A DNA stretch of 64,000 nucleotides, taken from positions 160,001-224,000 of the forward strand of contig JBBRLX010000002.1 in the NCBI GenBank assembly GCA_038231135.1, read 5' to 3'. A model generated the notes under the pieces. The model made no database searches. It had not been told where the DNA came from and worked only from the letters and a program-made list of their open reading frames with translations. A program made the position numbers and the translations under genes. Shown here in pieces: positions 10,038-20,205 of this stretch (positions are counted from its first letter, which is position 1; every line of letters starts with the position of its first letter). The DNA comes from Candidatus Eiseniibacteriota bacterium. GTDB lineage: Bacteria > Eisenbacteria > RBG-16-71-46.

Positions 10038-12155
10038 TCATTGTCCGGCGGGTCTCTGAAACATGGTTTCCGCGACGCCGCTGTTGAACCGAACGGTCTT
10101 CACCTCGAGATCCATCACCGTCTCGCCGTTCAACTGCCGCACCTCGTGATAGGGCCATAGAATGCCACCAACCGTCTGGAAATCCGAGAATTTGCGCCGC
10201 GCCAGCAGGCCCTGGCCGTTGCCGCCCTGATCGAAGGCGATCAGCCGGAACGTCACCGGGTGCACGTAGAGCGTGCGCGATGCACGGCCCGGCGTCTCGA
10301 CCATCAGCACGCGGGCGTCGATCGAATCGATCTTCCCGCGGCCGCGTTCCCACACCACCGACCTCGGATCGGCCGCCGCCAGCAGCAGATGGTGGAGATC
10401 CGACGAGAACCCCGACTTGAGCGCCTCAACGTTGGGACCGGCCATGAACCTGGCCACGGTGTCGGCGCCGGTCAGCTGCCAGCCCTCGTTGCCGGCGAGC
10501 GTCTGGCGGGTGGCGACACCGCCGAGCTCGGTCACGAACACCATGCGATCGGGCTCGCGGCGGAGCTGCACGAAGTTGCCCTCGAGCTGCTGGCTCCCGA
10601 TGTTCATGGAGACGATGGACTCGACATGCGAATCGCGGATGGCGCGCAGCTTCGCGAGCCCGCCGTGGGCGGCGACCATGCGCAGCGCGAGCGCCCGTCC
10701 CCGGGTGCGCTGGGCCAGGGTCGGCTTCGCCAGCGGGGCCGGCGCGGGCGGGGCCGGCGGCGTGGCGGAGGAGTCGGGATTCACGGCGCGGATCACTTCG
10801 ACGGCGCCCATGGATTCGAGCTGGGGACGCAGCTCCGCCGCCGGCCCCACCACCACGACCGTGGCGTGCGACGGATCGAGCCAGCGCCCCGCGGCCGTGG
10901 CCAGCGACGCCGGCGTGACCGCGGCGATCCGGGAGTCGAAGCGGTCGAAGTAGTCCGAGCCGCCGCCGCTGAAGTCGGCGGACAGCCAGCTCGAGGTCCA
11001 CGACGCCAGCGTCTCGAGCGACAACGGGAACGCGTTCCGCAGCATGTGCTGCGCCCCCGTGAGCTCGTTCGCCGGCACCGGTGTCGCGAGCCGGCGCAGG
11101 CCGTCGAACAACCCGCGCACCGCGGCGCCCGTGGAATCGGACGGCGCGTTCAGCGCGATCGTGAACAGCCCCGCTCCCGCGAGCGGCACGTAACTGGCGC
11201 GCGCGTCGCGGCCGAACACGCCGGCGCCGGGCCCGGCGTCGTACAGCGCCCGCGCCGCGAGCAGCGCGGGCTCGTCGGCGGCGTTGCGGGCGGGCGCCGC
11301 GAACCCGATGCGGACCTCGGCGCGCGTGCCGGGCCGGTCCATGATGCGAATTCGCGGCGGCGTTCCCGCGCCGGGGGCGGGCGGCACCGCCGGCAGGTCG
11401 CCATGGCCGCTCCACTGCCCGAACACCTCCTCGGCAACCGCGAACGCGCGCTCGGGCGTGATGTCGCCGGCGATCGCGAGCACCGCGTGATCCGGGCGAT
11501 AGCGGTCGCTCCAGAACGACCGGATGCGATCGACGTCGAGCCCGGCGATCTCGCCCCACGCGCCCTGCGGGGCGCGGGCATAGGGATGCGTCCCGAACGT
11601 CGCGCGCCATAGCTGGTCGTCCGCGAGCTGCGACGGGGCCTGCTGCTGCTGGGCGAGCTGGCGGAGCGCCTGCGTCTTCACCCGCTGCAGCTGGTCCTTG
11701 TCGAACAACGGATACAGCACCGCGTCCCCGAGCAGCTGCATGCCCAGCTCGAAGTCACGCGACAGGAACACGCCGTTCTCGGTGATGTAGTCACGCCCGA
11801 CGTTCGAGGTGAGGCTGCCGCCCGTGGCATCGACGTCGGCGGAGAACGTGACTGGATCGCGCGACGTGGTGCCGGACCGCAGCAGCTCGGCGGTGACGTA
11901 GGCGACGCCCTCGGCGCCCGCCGGTTCGGCGGTGAGGCCGGCCGGCACCAGCAGCTGGAGCTGCACCATCTCGAGGCGCGGGCTCGGGAACACCGCCACC
12001 CGCAGCCCGTTGCCGAGCGTGCGCTGGACCGGGGCCGGCAGCACGGGCGGGGCCGCCACCGCCGCGAACCCCGGAGCGGCCGCGCAGGCAAGCGCCACGA
12101 ACAGTACCGCGAACGCGCCCGCAACCCCGGGCGCCATGAATCGTGTCGTCGTCAT
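10038..12155 (-). CDS. M16 (insulinase/pitrilysin) family protein, non-catalytic subunit type, with extra C-terminal beta-rich domain
   Basis: LGNGLRV, HPYAR, RYRPDHAVLAIAGD; no HxxEH; ATG 12155 overlaps upstream TGA (ATGA). Confidence 0.85.
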   Translation of the reverse strand: MTTTRFMAPGVAGAFAVLFVALACAAAPGFAAVAAPPVLPAPVQRTLGNGLRVAVFPSPRLEMVQLQLLVPAGLTAEPAGAEGVAYVTAELLRSGTTSRDPVTFSADVDATGGSLTSNVGRDYITENGVFLSRDFELGMQLLGDAVLYPLFDKDQLQRVKTQALRQLAQQQQAPSQLADDQLWRATFGTHPYARAPQGAWGEIAGLDVDRIRSFWSDRYRPDHAVLAIAGDITPERAFAVAEEVFGQWSGHGDLPAVPPAPGAGTPPRIRIMDRPGTRAEVRIGFAAPARNAADEPALLAARALYDAGPGAGVFGRDARASYVPLAGAGLFTIALNAPSDSTGAAVRGLFDGLRRLATPVPANELTGAQHMLRNAFPLSLETLASWTSSWLSADFSGGGSDYFDRFDSRIAAVTPASLATAAGRWLDPSHATVVVVGPAAELRPQLESMGAVEVIRAVNPDSSATPPAPPAPAPLAKPTLAQRTRGRALALRMVAAHGGLAKLRAIRDSHVESIVSMNIGSQQLEGNFVQLRREPDRMVFVTELGGVATRQTLAGNEGWQLTGADTVARFMAGPNVEALKSGFSSDLHHLLLAAADPRSVVWERGRGKIDSIDARVLMVETPGRASRTLYVHPVTFRLIAFDQGGNGQGLLARRKFSDFQTVGGILWPYHEVRQLNGETVMDLEVKTVRFNSGVAETMFQRPAGQ

Positions 12156-13486
12156 CGTGCATCCCCTCCCGTCGCGCTCGAGGGCCGTGCGCTCCCGGCC
12201 GGCAGCATCCACACCACACAGCGTGCCTGGCTCGTGAGCACGTGCGACGCGGCCGCCTGCAGATCCGCGACGGTCAGGTTGCGAATCGCATCCTGCCGGC
12301 GGCGGGCGGCCTGCGCGTCGTGATCGATGAGCAGCGACGTGCCGAGCGCCCGCGCCTGCCCGCGCACGGTCTGCTGCTCGGTGAGCCAGTCGAGCTCCCA
12401 TTCCTTCTTCACGCGGTCCAGCTCGTCGGACGTCACGGGATCGCTCGCGAGCAGTTCCACGGCGCGGGCGAGGCTCGCCTCGGCCACCACCGAATCCGAC
12501 TTCGTCCGCACCAGCGCCAGGGCGTAGAACAGCGACCCGTCCTCGCGGGGGTCGAAGCCGGCGCGCGCCTGGGAGAACACCGGGTTCGACGACAGGTCGC
12601 GCGACAGCCGGCCCTGGTTGCCGGAGCCCAGCACCCGCGCCAGCAGCTCGAGCGACGCGTTGCCGGGATCCGCGGCGGCGGGCGCGCGCCAGCCCATCAG
12701 CACCATCGGCGAACGCAGTGCCGCGCGATCGGTGGCGCGTCTGCCGGCCGGCGGCGGCGGCGCCGGCGGGGCGGGCGGCGTGCCGCGCTTGGGCAGGCCT
12801 TCGAACCGGGTGCGGATCGCCGCCAGCGTGGACTTGGGATCGAACCGTCCCACGACGGTGAGCACGGCGTTGCCGGGCGCGTAGCGATCGCGCGCGTACG
12901 CCTGCGCGTCACCGAGAGTGATGCGCGTCAGGTCGTCCTCGGAGCCGATCACCGGACGCCCGTAGCCGTTCCCGGGGAATGCCAGCGCATACAGCCGCTC
13001 GAGCGCGCGCCCCAGCGGATTGGTGCCGAGGGACACGCGCCGCTCGCGGATCACGAACGAGCGTTCGGCCTCGAGATCGGCGGCGGTGAAGTGCAGCCCG
13101 GCGAGCCGCTCGGCATCGAGTTGCAGCGCGAGATCGATCGCCGCGGGTGGCACGGTGGCGTAAAGGCTCGTGAAATCGGGCGTCGTGTAGGTGTTCGCGA
13201 CGCCGCCTTCGGCCTGGATCCTGCGGCGATAGTCGCCGGCACGAGTATCGCCGGCGCGGAACAGCAGCCGCTCGATCACGTGCGTGATGCCGGAGCGGCC
13301 GGGCGGTTCCACGCGGGAACCGGTGTCGAACCATAGCGCCACGTCGGCGGCACGCGCGTCGGAATCGGGCGCCAGCACCACTCTGAGGCCGTTGCGCAGC
13401 GTGCTCGTCTCCACCGCGGGCGCAGCGGCGAGTACCGCCGTGGCGCCGGCGATCAGGAACATCGATGTGAATATCAGCCGCTTCAT
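12152..13486 (-). CDS. M16 family peptidase subunit with degenerate HxxEH (HVIER)
   Basis: Signal peptide, TLRNGLRVVL, GSRVE..G.SGITHVIERLLF, NTYTT.D.T, YGRPVIG, YAPGNAVLTVVG. Confidence 0.88.
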   Translation of the reverse strand: MKRLIFTSMFLIAGATAVLAAAPAVETSTLRNGLRVVLAPDSDARAADVALWFDTGSRVEPPGRSGITHVIERLLFRAGDTRAGDYRRRIQAEGGVANTYTTPDFTSLYATVPPAAIDLALQLDAERLAGLHFTAADLEAERSFVIRERRVSLGTNPLGRALERLYALAFPGNGYGRPVIGSEDDLTRITLGDAQAYARDRYAPGNAVLTVVGRFDPKSTLAAIRTRFEGLPKRGTPPAPPAPPPPAGRRATDRAALRSPMVLMGWRAPAAADPGNASLELLARVLGSGNQGRLSRDLSSNPVFSQARAGFDPREDGSLFYALALVRTKSDSVVAEASLARAVELLASDPVTSDELDRVKKEWELDWLTEQQTVRGQARALGTSLLIDHDAQAARRRQDAIRNLTVADLQAAASHVLTSQARCVVWMLPAGSARPSSATGGDAR

Positions 13487-13579
13487 CCTCGGTCCTTTCC
13501 AGACAACGTGCCGTGGGCGCAGTTTTGAGCATGGCCACCGGCGATTTCGCAGGCGAGGGGCCCGCATCCATACAGCGTG

Positions 13580-15406
13580 CTACCGCAGAAACACCACGCG
13601 TGCCGCGGCGACATCGCCGCCCGCGGCAATCGCGATCCAGTACAGGCCGGGCGCCAGAGCCCGGCCGCCATCCGAGTGGCCATCCCAGTCCACGGTCTGC
13701 GGCGGTCCGGGAACCAGCGTGTCCGACCATAGGGTCGTGATCGCCCGGCCCGTCGTGTCCAGCACCCGCACGCGCGCGTGGACCGCACCGCCCGAGCGGA
13801 GCAGGAACGTCGCCTGCGTGCGGTCGCCCAGGCGCAACGGGCGCGCGCCGCTGAGGCCGATCGCCACCCGGCCGTGCCCCGCCAGACGCAGCGGCGCCGG
13901 CAGCCCGGCCGCCAGCCGTCCATTCGGGATGCCGTAGCCGATGTCGTTGTCGGGCGTCGCGGCGCGCGATGCGGTGGCGCGCAGCGCGCGGATCACGTCG
14001 CGCGGCGTCCACGCCGGCCGCGCCTGCAGCAGGCACGCGGCGAGTCCGGCGACGAGCGGCGCCGCGAGCGAGGTGCCGCTGTTGGAGGAATAGTCGAGCG
14101 GATCGCCGCTGGTTCCCACCACCGGCACCGAAACCCCCGGCGCCGACAGGTCGGGTTTGATCCGGCCGTCGAACGTCGGCCCGTGCGACGAGAACCCGGC
14201 CGGCGTCCCGTCCGCGCGCACCGCACCCACCGCGATCAGGCTGTCCCCGTCGGCGTCGGCCGGCGCGAGCACGTGGAGCCATTGCGTCTGGCCTTCGTTG
14301 CCGGCGGCGTTCACGACCAGGATGCCCTTGGCGGCGGCGATCTCGGCCGCGCGGGTGATCTCCGTGGTGTGGCCGTCGAGGTCGGAGTAGCTGTAGCTCG
14401 TGTTCGTCGAGTCGTCGACGAACGTCGAGTAGCCGAGCGACGACGAGATCACGTCGGCGCCGAGGCTGTCCGCCCATTCCGCGGCCACCGACCAGTTCAG
14501 CATCTCGACGGGTTTCTCGATCGAGTCCACCTCGGTGCGCGCGAGCGCGTAGTCGGCGCCCGGCGCGGCCCCCACGTAGCGGCCCGGCAGGTTGGCCGCG
14601 AGGCAGCCCATCACGATCGTGCCGTGCCGCTCGCCGAATCGCGTGGGGCCGGTGACGATCGTGTCGCCGTCGACGAAATCGCGCAGGTGGCCGGGCGCAT
14701 ACGACCGGCCGGCCAGCGCCTCGTCGATGTCGAAGTCGGTGAAGCCGTCGTCGAGGATCGCGATCAGCACGCCCTGGCCTGTGTAGCTGCTGTCGTGCAG
14801 CGCGGGCACCGCGATCTGCTGGAGCACGCCCTCGAGCAGGCCGTGATCGAGCGCCGTGGCGCCCGCGGACGACGCGGGCGTGGTGCGCGGGCCCCCGAAC
14901 GGCGCGCCGGAACCTGCGGCGTCCGCCGGCAGCCGGGAGCCGGCGTCCATGGAGGACGACTGCCCCCCAAACGTGACGCGCGCGCGCTCGACCGGGCTCA
15001 CGCGCAGGACGAACGGCTGGCGCGCCAGTTCGAGGAGTCCCGCGGCGGGCACGCGGACGGCCGCACGATTCATCCACCGCGACACCGCCCGCGGCTCGAG
15101 CCCCAGGGCCCGCAGCGCCTTCAGATAGCCGGCCGCGACCGGCACGTCGAGCTCGTCGACCAGCGGCGTCACGTGCGCACGCAGGCGGCGCGCCCGCGAC
15201 CGGGGCGTGAGCGCCGTGGCCGCGGCCGCGAGCGCCTGCGGCCGCCCGGCCATGGTGAAGCCCTTGTCCGGGAACGTCACCCACACGCTCACCCGTTCCG
15301 GTCCTGCCGCCGCGGCGCGCACCGCGAGCCGCGGGTCCAGCGTGCCCGCCGCGGCCGGGAGCGCGGCCAGCAGCAGCGCCCCGGTCAGTATCGCGCGCCG
15401 CATCAC
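13580..15406 (-). CDS. S8 (subtilisin-like) serine peptidase with C-terminal FlgD-Ig/CTD
   Basis: Triad ILDDGF / HGT / SGTSLAAP; AAGNEG; C-terminal WDG...G..LAPGLY...RVVFLR. Confidence 0.93.
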   Translation of the reverse strand: MMRRAILTGALLLAALPAAAGTLDPRLAVRAAAAGPERVSVWVTFPDKGFTMAGRPQALAAAATALTPRSRARRLRAHVTPLVDELDVPVAAGYLKALRALGLEPRAVSRWMNRAAVRVPAAGLLELARQPFVLRVSPVERARVTFGGQSSSMDAGSRLPADAAGSGAPFGGPRTTPASSAGATALDHGLLEGVLQQIAVPALHDSSYTGQGVLIAILDDGFTDFDIDEALAGRSYAPGHLRDFVDGDTIVTGPTRFGERHGTIVMGCLAANLPGRYVGAAPGADYALARTEVDSIEKPVEMLNWSVAAEWADSLGADVISSSLGYSTFVDDSTNTSYSYSDLDGHTTEITRAAEIAAAKGILVVNAAGNEGQTQWLHVLAPADADGDSLIAVGAVRADGTPAGFSSHGPTFDGRIKPDLSAPGVSVPVVGTSGDPLDYSSNSGTSLAAPLVAGLAACLLQARPAWTPRDVIRALRATASRAATPDNDIGYGIPNGRLAAGLPAPLRLAGHGRVAIGLSGARPLRLGDRTQATFLLRSGGAVHARVRVLDTTGRAITTLWSDTLVPGPPQTVDWDGHSDGGRALAPGLYWIAIAAGGDVAAARVVFLR

Positions 15407-16515
15407 GGCCGGGTTCCCGCCGGCGTGCCCGTCGCCTGCGGAACACCGGGCGCCGGCGCCGGTTCGGGCGCTCCCGCCATGCGGCCGTGGTCGCCGGGCG
15501 CGCCGTCGCCGCCGGCTTCGCCGATGCGGGCTTCCACGCGTCCCACCACGGTGCCCGCGTAGTTGGTGACGACCGGACGCCCGTCCGCCGCCAGCTCGTC
15601 ACGCTCCGCCGGCTCCAGCAGACCGAGCCGTTCGAGCCAGGCGATCGTGGCGGGGCCGGTGCCGCGGGCGTTGCCGTCCTCGCACTTCACCGCCACCCCG
15701 AGTCCGCGCGACGGAATCGCCAGGCACTCGAGGCCCTCGGCGCCGCCCTTCGCCACGACGCGCCCGTGCGTCGCCTGGGTGATGCGCGTGCCGAGCCGGC
15801 CCTCGCCGCCCACCATGAGCGGATGCGCCGCCATCGCGTCGCGGATGCGGGCCAGCGCGCGCGCGCGGTCGTCACCGTCCGCGCGCGCCACGGCCAGCCG
15901 GGCGTACGCGCGGGCCATCGCGGCGAGCGGCAGTCCGAACACGCTCACCCCGCACCCATCCACCCCGACGAGCAGCGAGGCCGGATCGAGGCCGCACACC
16001 TCCGCCACCGTGCGGCGCATGAGCTGCTGGAGCGAGTGTTCGGGTTGTTCGTAGCCGTGCAGCGGCCAGCCTTCGGATTTCGCGAGGCACAGCATGCCCG
16101 CGTGCTTGCCGGAGCAGTTGTTCCACACCGGGGTGCGCAGCTCGGGCCGCTCCGCCAGCAGCGCGCGCGACGTAAGGTCGAGCGGCTCGTGGTAGGCGCA
16201 CGCCAGGTCCTGCTCGGTGCACCCGATGCGCTGCAGGATGCCGCGCACGAGCGCAATGTGCGCGGCGCTGCCGGTGTGGGACGCCGTCATCACCGCGAGT
16301 TGCTCGTCCGACCAGCCCCAGCGCTTCGCGTGGCCGCGCTCGACCAGCGGCAGCAGCTGGAACGGTTTCGCCGCCGACCGGAACGTGGTGACGAGTCCGG
16401 CCTCGGGGGTGGCCAGGACCAGGGAGCCATCCGGCGCGCACGCCACCGCCTGGACGCGATGCCGGGACTCGGGGGTCGCGCCCCGCCACACCACGACTTC
16501 CACGAGAACACGCAT
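15403..16515 (-). CDS. L-asparaginase II (Rhizobium AnsA-type) family protein
   Basis: RSAAKPFQ, ASHTG, NNCSGKHAGML, DGCG, AKGGAEG, KCEDG. Confidence 0.9.
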   Translation of the reverse strand: MRVLVEVVVWRGATPESRHRVQAVACAPDGSLVLATPEAGLVTTFRSAAKPFQLLPLVERGHAKRWGWSDEQLAVMTASHTGSAAHIALVRGILQRIGCTEQDLACAYHEPLDLTSRALLAERPELRTPVWNNCSGKHAGMLCLAKSEGWPLHGYEQPEHSLQQLMRRTVAEVCGLDPASLLVGVDGCGVSVFGLPLAAMARAYARLAVARADGDDRARALARIRDAMAAHPLMVGGEGRLGTRITQATHGRVVAKGGAEGLECLAIPSRGLGVAVKCEDGNARGTGPATIAWLERLGLLEPAERDELAADGRPVVTNYAGTVVGRVEARIGEAGGDGAPGDHGRMAGAPEPAPAPGVPQATGTPAGTRP

Positions 16516-16562
16516 GCGAGGTGCGCGAAGCGACGGGCCCGCCACGGTGAGCGGGGCCGTCG

Positions 16563-17744
16563 TCAGCGGATTACGACGAACCGGTCCTGGAACGTGAACG
16601 TGCTGGATTCGACACGGTACATGTAGATCCCGGACGCGACGTCGCGGCCATTCTGGTTCTTGAGGTCCCAGCGCGCGAAGTCGCGCACCGGATCGAGGTG
16701 CTCGAGCTTCGCGACCAGATCGCCGGACACCGTGTAGATCTTGATCGTGGCGCGGGCCGGCAGGTTGATGAAGTGCAGCTCGGCCTGGTTCTGATCCCAC
16801 GCCTCGCGGGCCCGGAACGGGTTCGGCACCACCGCCACCCGCTCGAGATTCGCCGTCGGGCCGGCCGTCGGCTCGACCGGAAACGGTGTGAGGTTCTCGA
16901 GGCGGTTGTTGAGGTTGGGACAGCTACGCGGGTCGCCCGGCGTGCCGCAGTGCGCGTAGCGTTCCGCGAGCGTCCCCGTGACGAGCGTGTCCGGCACGAA
17001 CATCTCGTCGTAGGTCGCGTCGAGGTTCGTGTTCTTGAGTTCGTAGGTGATCGAGTACCAGGTCTTGAACCCGTCGTGCGGACCGGGCGGCGCGACGAGC
17101 CTGAACACCGAGTCGCCCCGGCTGAGACAGCGCCCGAACCGGTCGAGCAACCGGCAATCCTTGACGTAGTTCCCGTCGGAGTCGGGATCGACGAACGTGA
17201 CCACGCTGTCGCCCACCACCTGTCCGTTGCAGCGGAACGCCAGCGGCGTGGGCGTCCCCGCCGCCGTGTCGACGTCGGAGAAATTCCACGTGCGCTCGTC
17301 GCCCTGCTGCCGTGAGAACCGGCGGATCAGCACCATCTGCGTGGTGTCCGGGAAGTCCTGCACGCGGTAGATCCGATACCCGCCGAAGTCCTTCCGCGCC
17401 TCGGCAACACGGTCGCGCAGGAACCGCACGCTGATCGTGCGCGGCTGCTCGCGGATGCTGTCCGGCAGCGGCCCCAGGAACGATCCCACGCAGCGGCGGG
17501 GACGCACCAGGCTCGAGTCCTGATACGCACCCGGAAACGCGCACACCGGGATGCGCGGGAATACCGGCCGCGGCAGTCCCTGCGACGCGAAGTTGAAATC
17601 GCAGCCCGGCGTCTGGCCGGTCTGGGCGTGCGCGCTGGAAACGATCGCGCCCACGGCCAGCACGACCCCGGCACAGGTGACGAGCACCTGTGCCGCGGCC
17701 GTGAACGTCGAGCGAAATCCGTGACGCTTGAGGTTTCGAGTCAT
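16563..17744 (-). CDS. Secreted Cys-containing hypothetical protein with T9SS/FlgD-like CTD
   Basis: Signal peptide (AHA), DFGGYRIYR, C-terminal VVPNPF...LHFINLP..ATIKIYT.SGDLV...WDLKNQNGRDVASGIY...FVVIR. Confidence 0.8.
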   Translation of the reverse strand: MTRNLKRHGFRSTFTAAAQVLVTCAGVVLAVGAIVSSAHAQTGQTPGCDFNFASQGLPRPVFPRIPVCAFPGAYQDSSLVRPRRCVGSFLGPLPDSIREQPRTISVRFLRDRVAEARKDFGGYRIYRVQDFPDTTQMVLIRRFSRQQGDERTWNFSDVDTAAGTPTPLAFRCNGQVVGDSVVTFVDPDSDGNYVKDCRLLDRFGRCLSRGDSVFRLVAPPGPHDGFKTWYSITYELKNTNLDATYDEMFVPDTLVTGTLAERYAHCGTPGDPRSCPNLNNRLENLTPFPVEPTAGPTANLERVAVVPNPFRAREAWDQNQAELHFINLPARATIKIYTVSGDLVAKLEHLDPVRDFARWDLKNQNGRDVASGIYMYRVESSTFTFQDRFVVIR

Positions 17745-17748
17745 GCGA

Positions 17749-20205
17749 TCAGTCTCGCGGGATCTGGGGTGACCGTGGATGCGGCAACGCGAGCGGTTTC
17801 GTGCGGATCGCGGCGGACGGGAGCTTCGAAACCGCCTTTGCCGGAGCCATCCGGCGCAGGTTCGCACGCGCCGGCATCAGGGTGGGGTGCTTCACGAGTC
17901 CCCAGATGTTCTGGCACACGTAGTCCACGAGCTGCTGCACCTGGGGACGCTTGAAGAAGTAGACCGGGAACCCGCTCATGATGAACTTCGTGTTCTGAGG
18001 CGCGGGGCCGTGATAGTAGGTCATGACCGGGAACGCCGGATTGGCCCGCGGATCGATCCCCGACCCCGGGAAGTCGCCCGGGTCCGGCAACGTCGCGGCG
18101 GACACGCGGTACAGCGTGTCGAGCGTGGACTCGATGTCCTCGATGTCGGGGTCCGGATTGATGTCCTCCTGCACGAAGTTCGGCTGCTGCAGGAATTCGA
18201 CGGACTCCGTCGTGATGTAGAGGTTGCCGGTGCTGCGCGTCGGCGCCTCGAGCTCGATGGGGTCCGTATCGGGCGCCTTGGGTTCCAGCATGTCGGGAAG
18301 CCCCGCATAGTCCGGGCGGTCGCGGAACCGCCCCGTGGCCTTCGTGATCCTCATCGCCGGTCGCGCGACCCGGAACTCCGACTGCCAGTGGGCGACGTCG
18401 TACATGAAGCGTCCCGGACCCAGTTCGTGACGGGGACTCGAGAACGAATACGTTTTGGTCGGCTGGTCGTTGCTGGGATCGTTGAAGGGATCGGATATGG
18501 CATAGCCCGCGCCGCCGCCCGCGAGCCACACCTGGCCGCCCTGCTTCACGTAGGCCGCGAGCGTGTTGACGCGGCCCGGGCCCCCCATGTACCGCAGCGC
18601 GTCCATCGGGCCGACGAGGTCGGTGCCGGGCTTGACGAGCGCGGCGCCGAGACCATCCGTCATCCACAGGATGTGCGCGTAGTGGCCGAGGATGGACAGG
18701 TGGACCGTGAGGTCGGCCCTGCCGATCCGGGTGCCGATCGTATCGGGCATGTAGGCCCGCGACGAGTCGCCATAGCCGGAGAACACGCCGGGCAGCGTGG
18801 GCATCAGGCCGGGTGGATAACAGCTCCACGGCTGATTGCCGCGCGCCACGAAGAACGTGTCCATCTCGGAACGAGTGGGCCAGGGCCCGGTCGGCAGGTC
18901 CATGCAGCTCTGCCCGGTGGACCGCGTGTCGACGCGAAGCCGGGTGTCGTCCACCAGCAGCAGTGGCTTCTCGAGCTTGGACTCGACGACCGTCATGCGC
19001 AGGATGCCGAGACTCTTGAGCCCGTTGTTGTCCTCGGCCTCGACGAAGAAGAAGTGGGTCTCACCGCCTCGGAACGGCCCCACCGTGGCCGACATCACGT
19101 TCGACTGGGTACTCCAGTGCTGGATGTCGGTCAGCTCGTTCGTCCGCGGCGTGTTGTCGAACACGTTCTCGATGTCGAGTCCCCAGCGGAAGCCGATGAT
19201 GTCGGCGCCCTCGGGTGGCTCGGCGGACCAGTTCACCGTGATGAACTGTTTCGAGGGCACCTCGAGCTTGACCTGGGCGGCGTCGCTCAGGTTGTAGCTG
19301 CCGTTCTTGTAGGAGAAGTTGAAGAACTCGTTGAACATCGTGATCTTCGGCCCCAGCACGCCCGCGAACCCCACCTGCAGCTTGATCATGTTCGAGGTGA
19401 AGTCGAACAGTGGCGAGTAGGCGCCGGCCTCGTCGAATGCGATCACCACGAATACGTAGAGATTGCCCGGCGTCAGGTTCGTGAACTGCACCTGCGTGGT
19501 CTCGGCGCTGGTCGAATCCCAGCCCGCCCAGGGGCCGAGCGGATGGTCCTGGTAGTAGCGGCGCAGCGAGTCGGGGTTGAAGATCGCGAGATCGCGCGGG
19601 AACTCCGAGGACTGGCTGAGCAGGATGTACTTGTACTTGACCGGTTTGGTGGTGAACACGCCGTCCGGGTCCTCGCCGGTCCACGAAATCCGCACGGACG
19701 GGGTGACGAACGCCTTGTACGCGCCCGTAGCCGGATTCGTGATGCGCACCGATGGCGCGACCGTGTACGAATAGAACGCGCGGGCGACGTACGGCCCCGC
19801 GAGCCCCTTGTCGTCGACCGCCTTGATCAGGAAGATGTGGAAGTCACGGCCCAGCAGCCGGCCGCCCGCGTCCCGGAGCGGCTCCTTCGACTTGAAGAAC
19901 AGCCGCTGTTCATTCGCGGTGGTGTTCACCCAGGCCGTGTCCTCGCCCGGATGCAGGTTCTGCGGATCGATCGTGTAGAGGAAGTGATCGACGCGGCCGT
20001 CGGGATCGAACCCGACCCAGTCCACCGTGTACGAGTAGTAGTAGAGCCCCGACGTGTCGACCGGGGCCGAGGTGAGCCGGACTTCGGGAGCCCGATTCGC
20101 CTGCTGTAGAAGGGACATCGGCTTCTTGCTGCATCCAAACGCCAGCACGACCGCGGCCAGCCCCAGACCGATCCGGAGCAGTTGCTTCGAGTGTGGGAAT
20201 TTCAT
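17749..20205 (-). CDS. Lipoprotein with repeated FN3/Ig-like modules and a C-terminal alpha/beta domain
   Basis: Lipobox LAFGC; repeated W.G.D.DG and F.V.A.D motifs; ATG overlaps upstream stop (TGATG). Confidence 0.8.
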   Translation of the reverse strand: MKFPHSKQLLRIGLGLAAVVLAFGCSKKPMSLLQQANRAPEVRLTSAPVDTSGLYYYSYTVDWVGFDPDGRVDHFLYTIDPQNLHPGEDTAWVNTTANEQRLFFKSKEPLRDAGGRLLGRDFHIFLIKAVDDKGLAGPYVARAFYSYTVAPSVRITNPATGAYKAFVTPSVRISWTGEDPDGVFTTKPVKYKYILLSQSSEFPRDLAIFNPDSLRRYYQDHPLGPWAGWDSTSAETTQVQFTNLTPGNLYVFVVIAFDEAGAYSPLFDFTSNMIKLQVGFAGVLGPKITMFNEFFNFSYKNGSYNLSDAAQVKLEVPSKQFITVNWSAEPPEGADIIGFRWGLDIENVFDNTPRTNELTDIQHWSTQSNVMSATVGPFRGGETHFFFVEAEDNNGLKSLGILRMTVVESKLEKPLLLVDDTRLRVDTRSTGQSCMDLPTGPWPTRSEMDTFFVARGNQPWSCYPPGLMPTLPGVFSGYGDSSRAYMPDTIGTRIGRADLTVHLSILGHYAHILWMTDGLGAALVKPGTDLVGPMDALRYMGGPGRVNTLAAYVKQGGQVWLAGGGAGYAISDPFNDPSNDQPTKTYSFSSPRHELGPGRFMYDVAHWQSEFRVARPAMRITKATGRFRDRPDYAGLPDMLEPKAPDTDPIELEAPTRSTGNLYITTESVEFLQQPNFVQEDINPDPDIEDIESTLDTLYRVSAATLPDPGDFPGSGIDPRANPAFPVMTYYHGPAPQNTKFIMSGFPVYFFKRPQVQQLVDYVCQNIWGLVKHPTLMPARANLRRMAPAKAVSKLPSAAIRTKPLALPHPRSPQIPRD

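Noticed and set aside
6926..10087. 1053-aa plus-strand ORF, and similar long ORFs at 17779-20109, 22522-25242, 36916-40746, 45877-48816, 48853-51288 and 53114-55654
   Set aside because: Antisense or alternate-frame shadows of well-supported genes; Arg/Ala/Gly-rich with no motifs, as expected at this GC content
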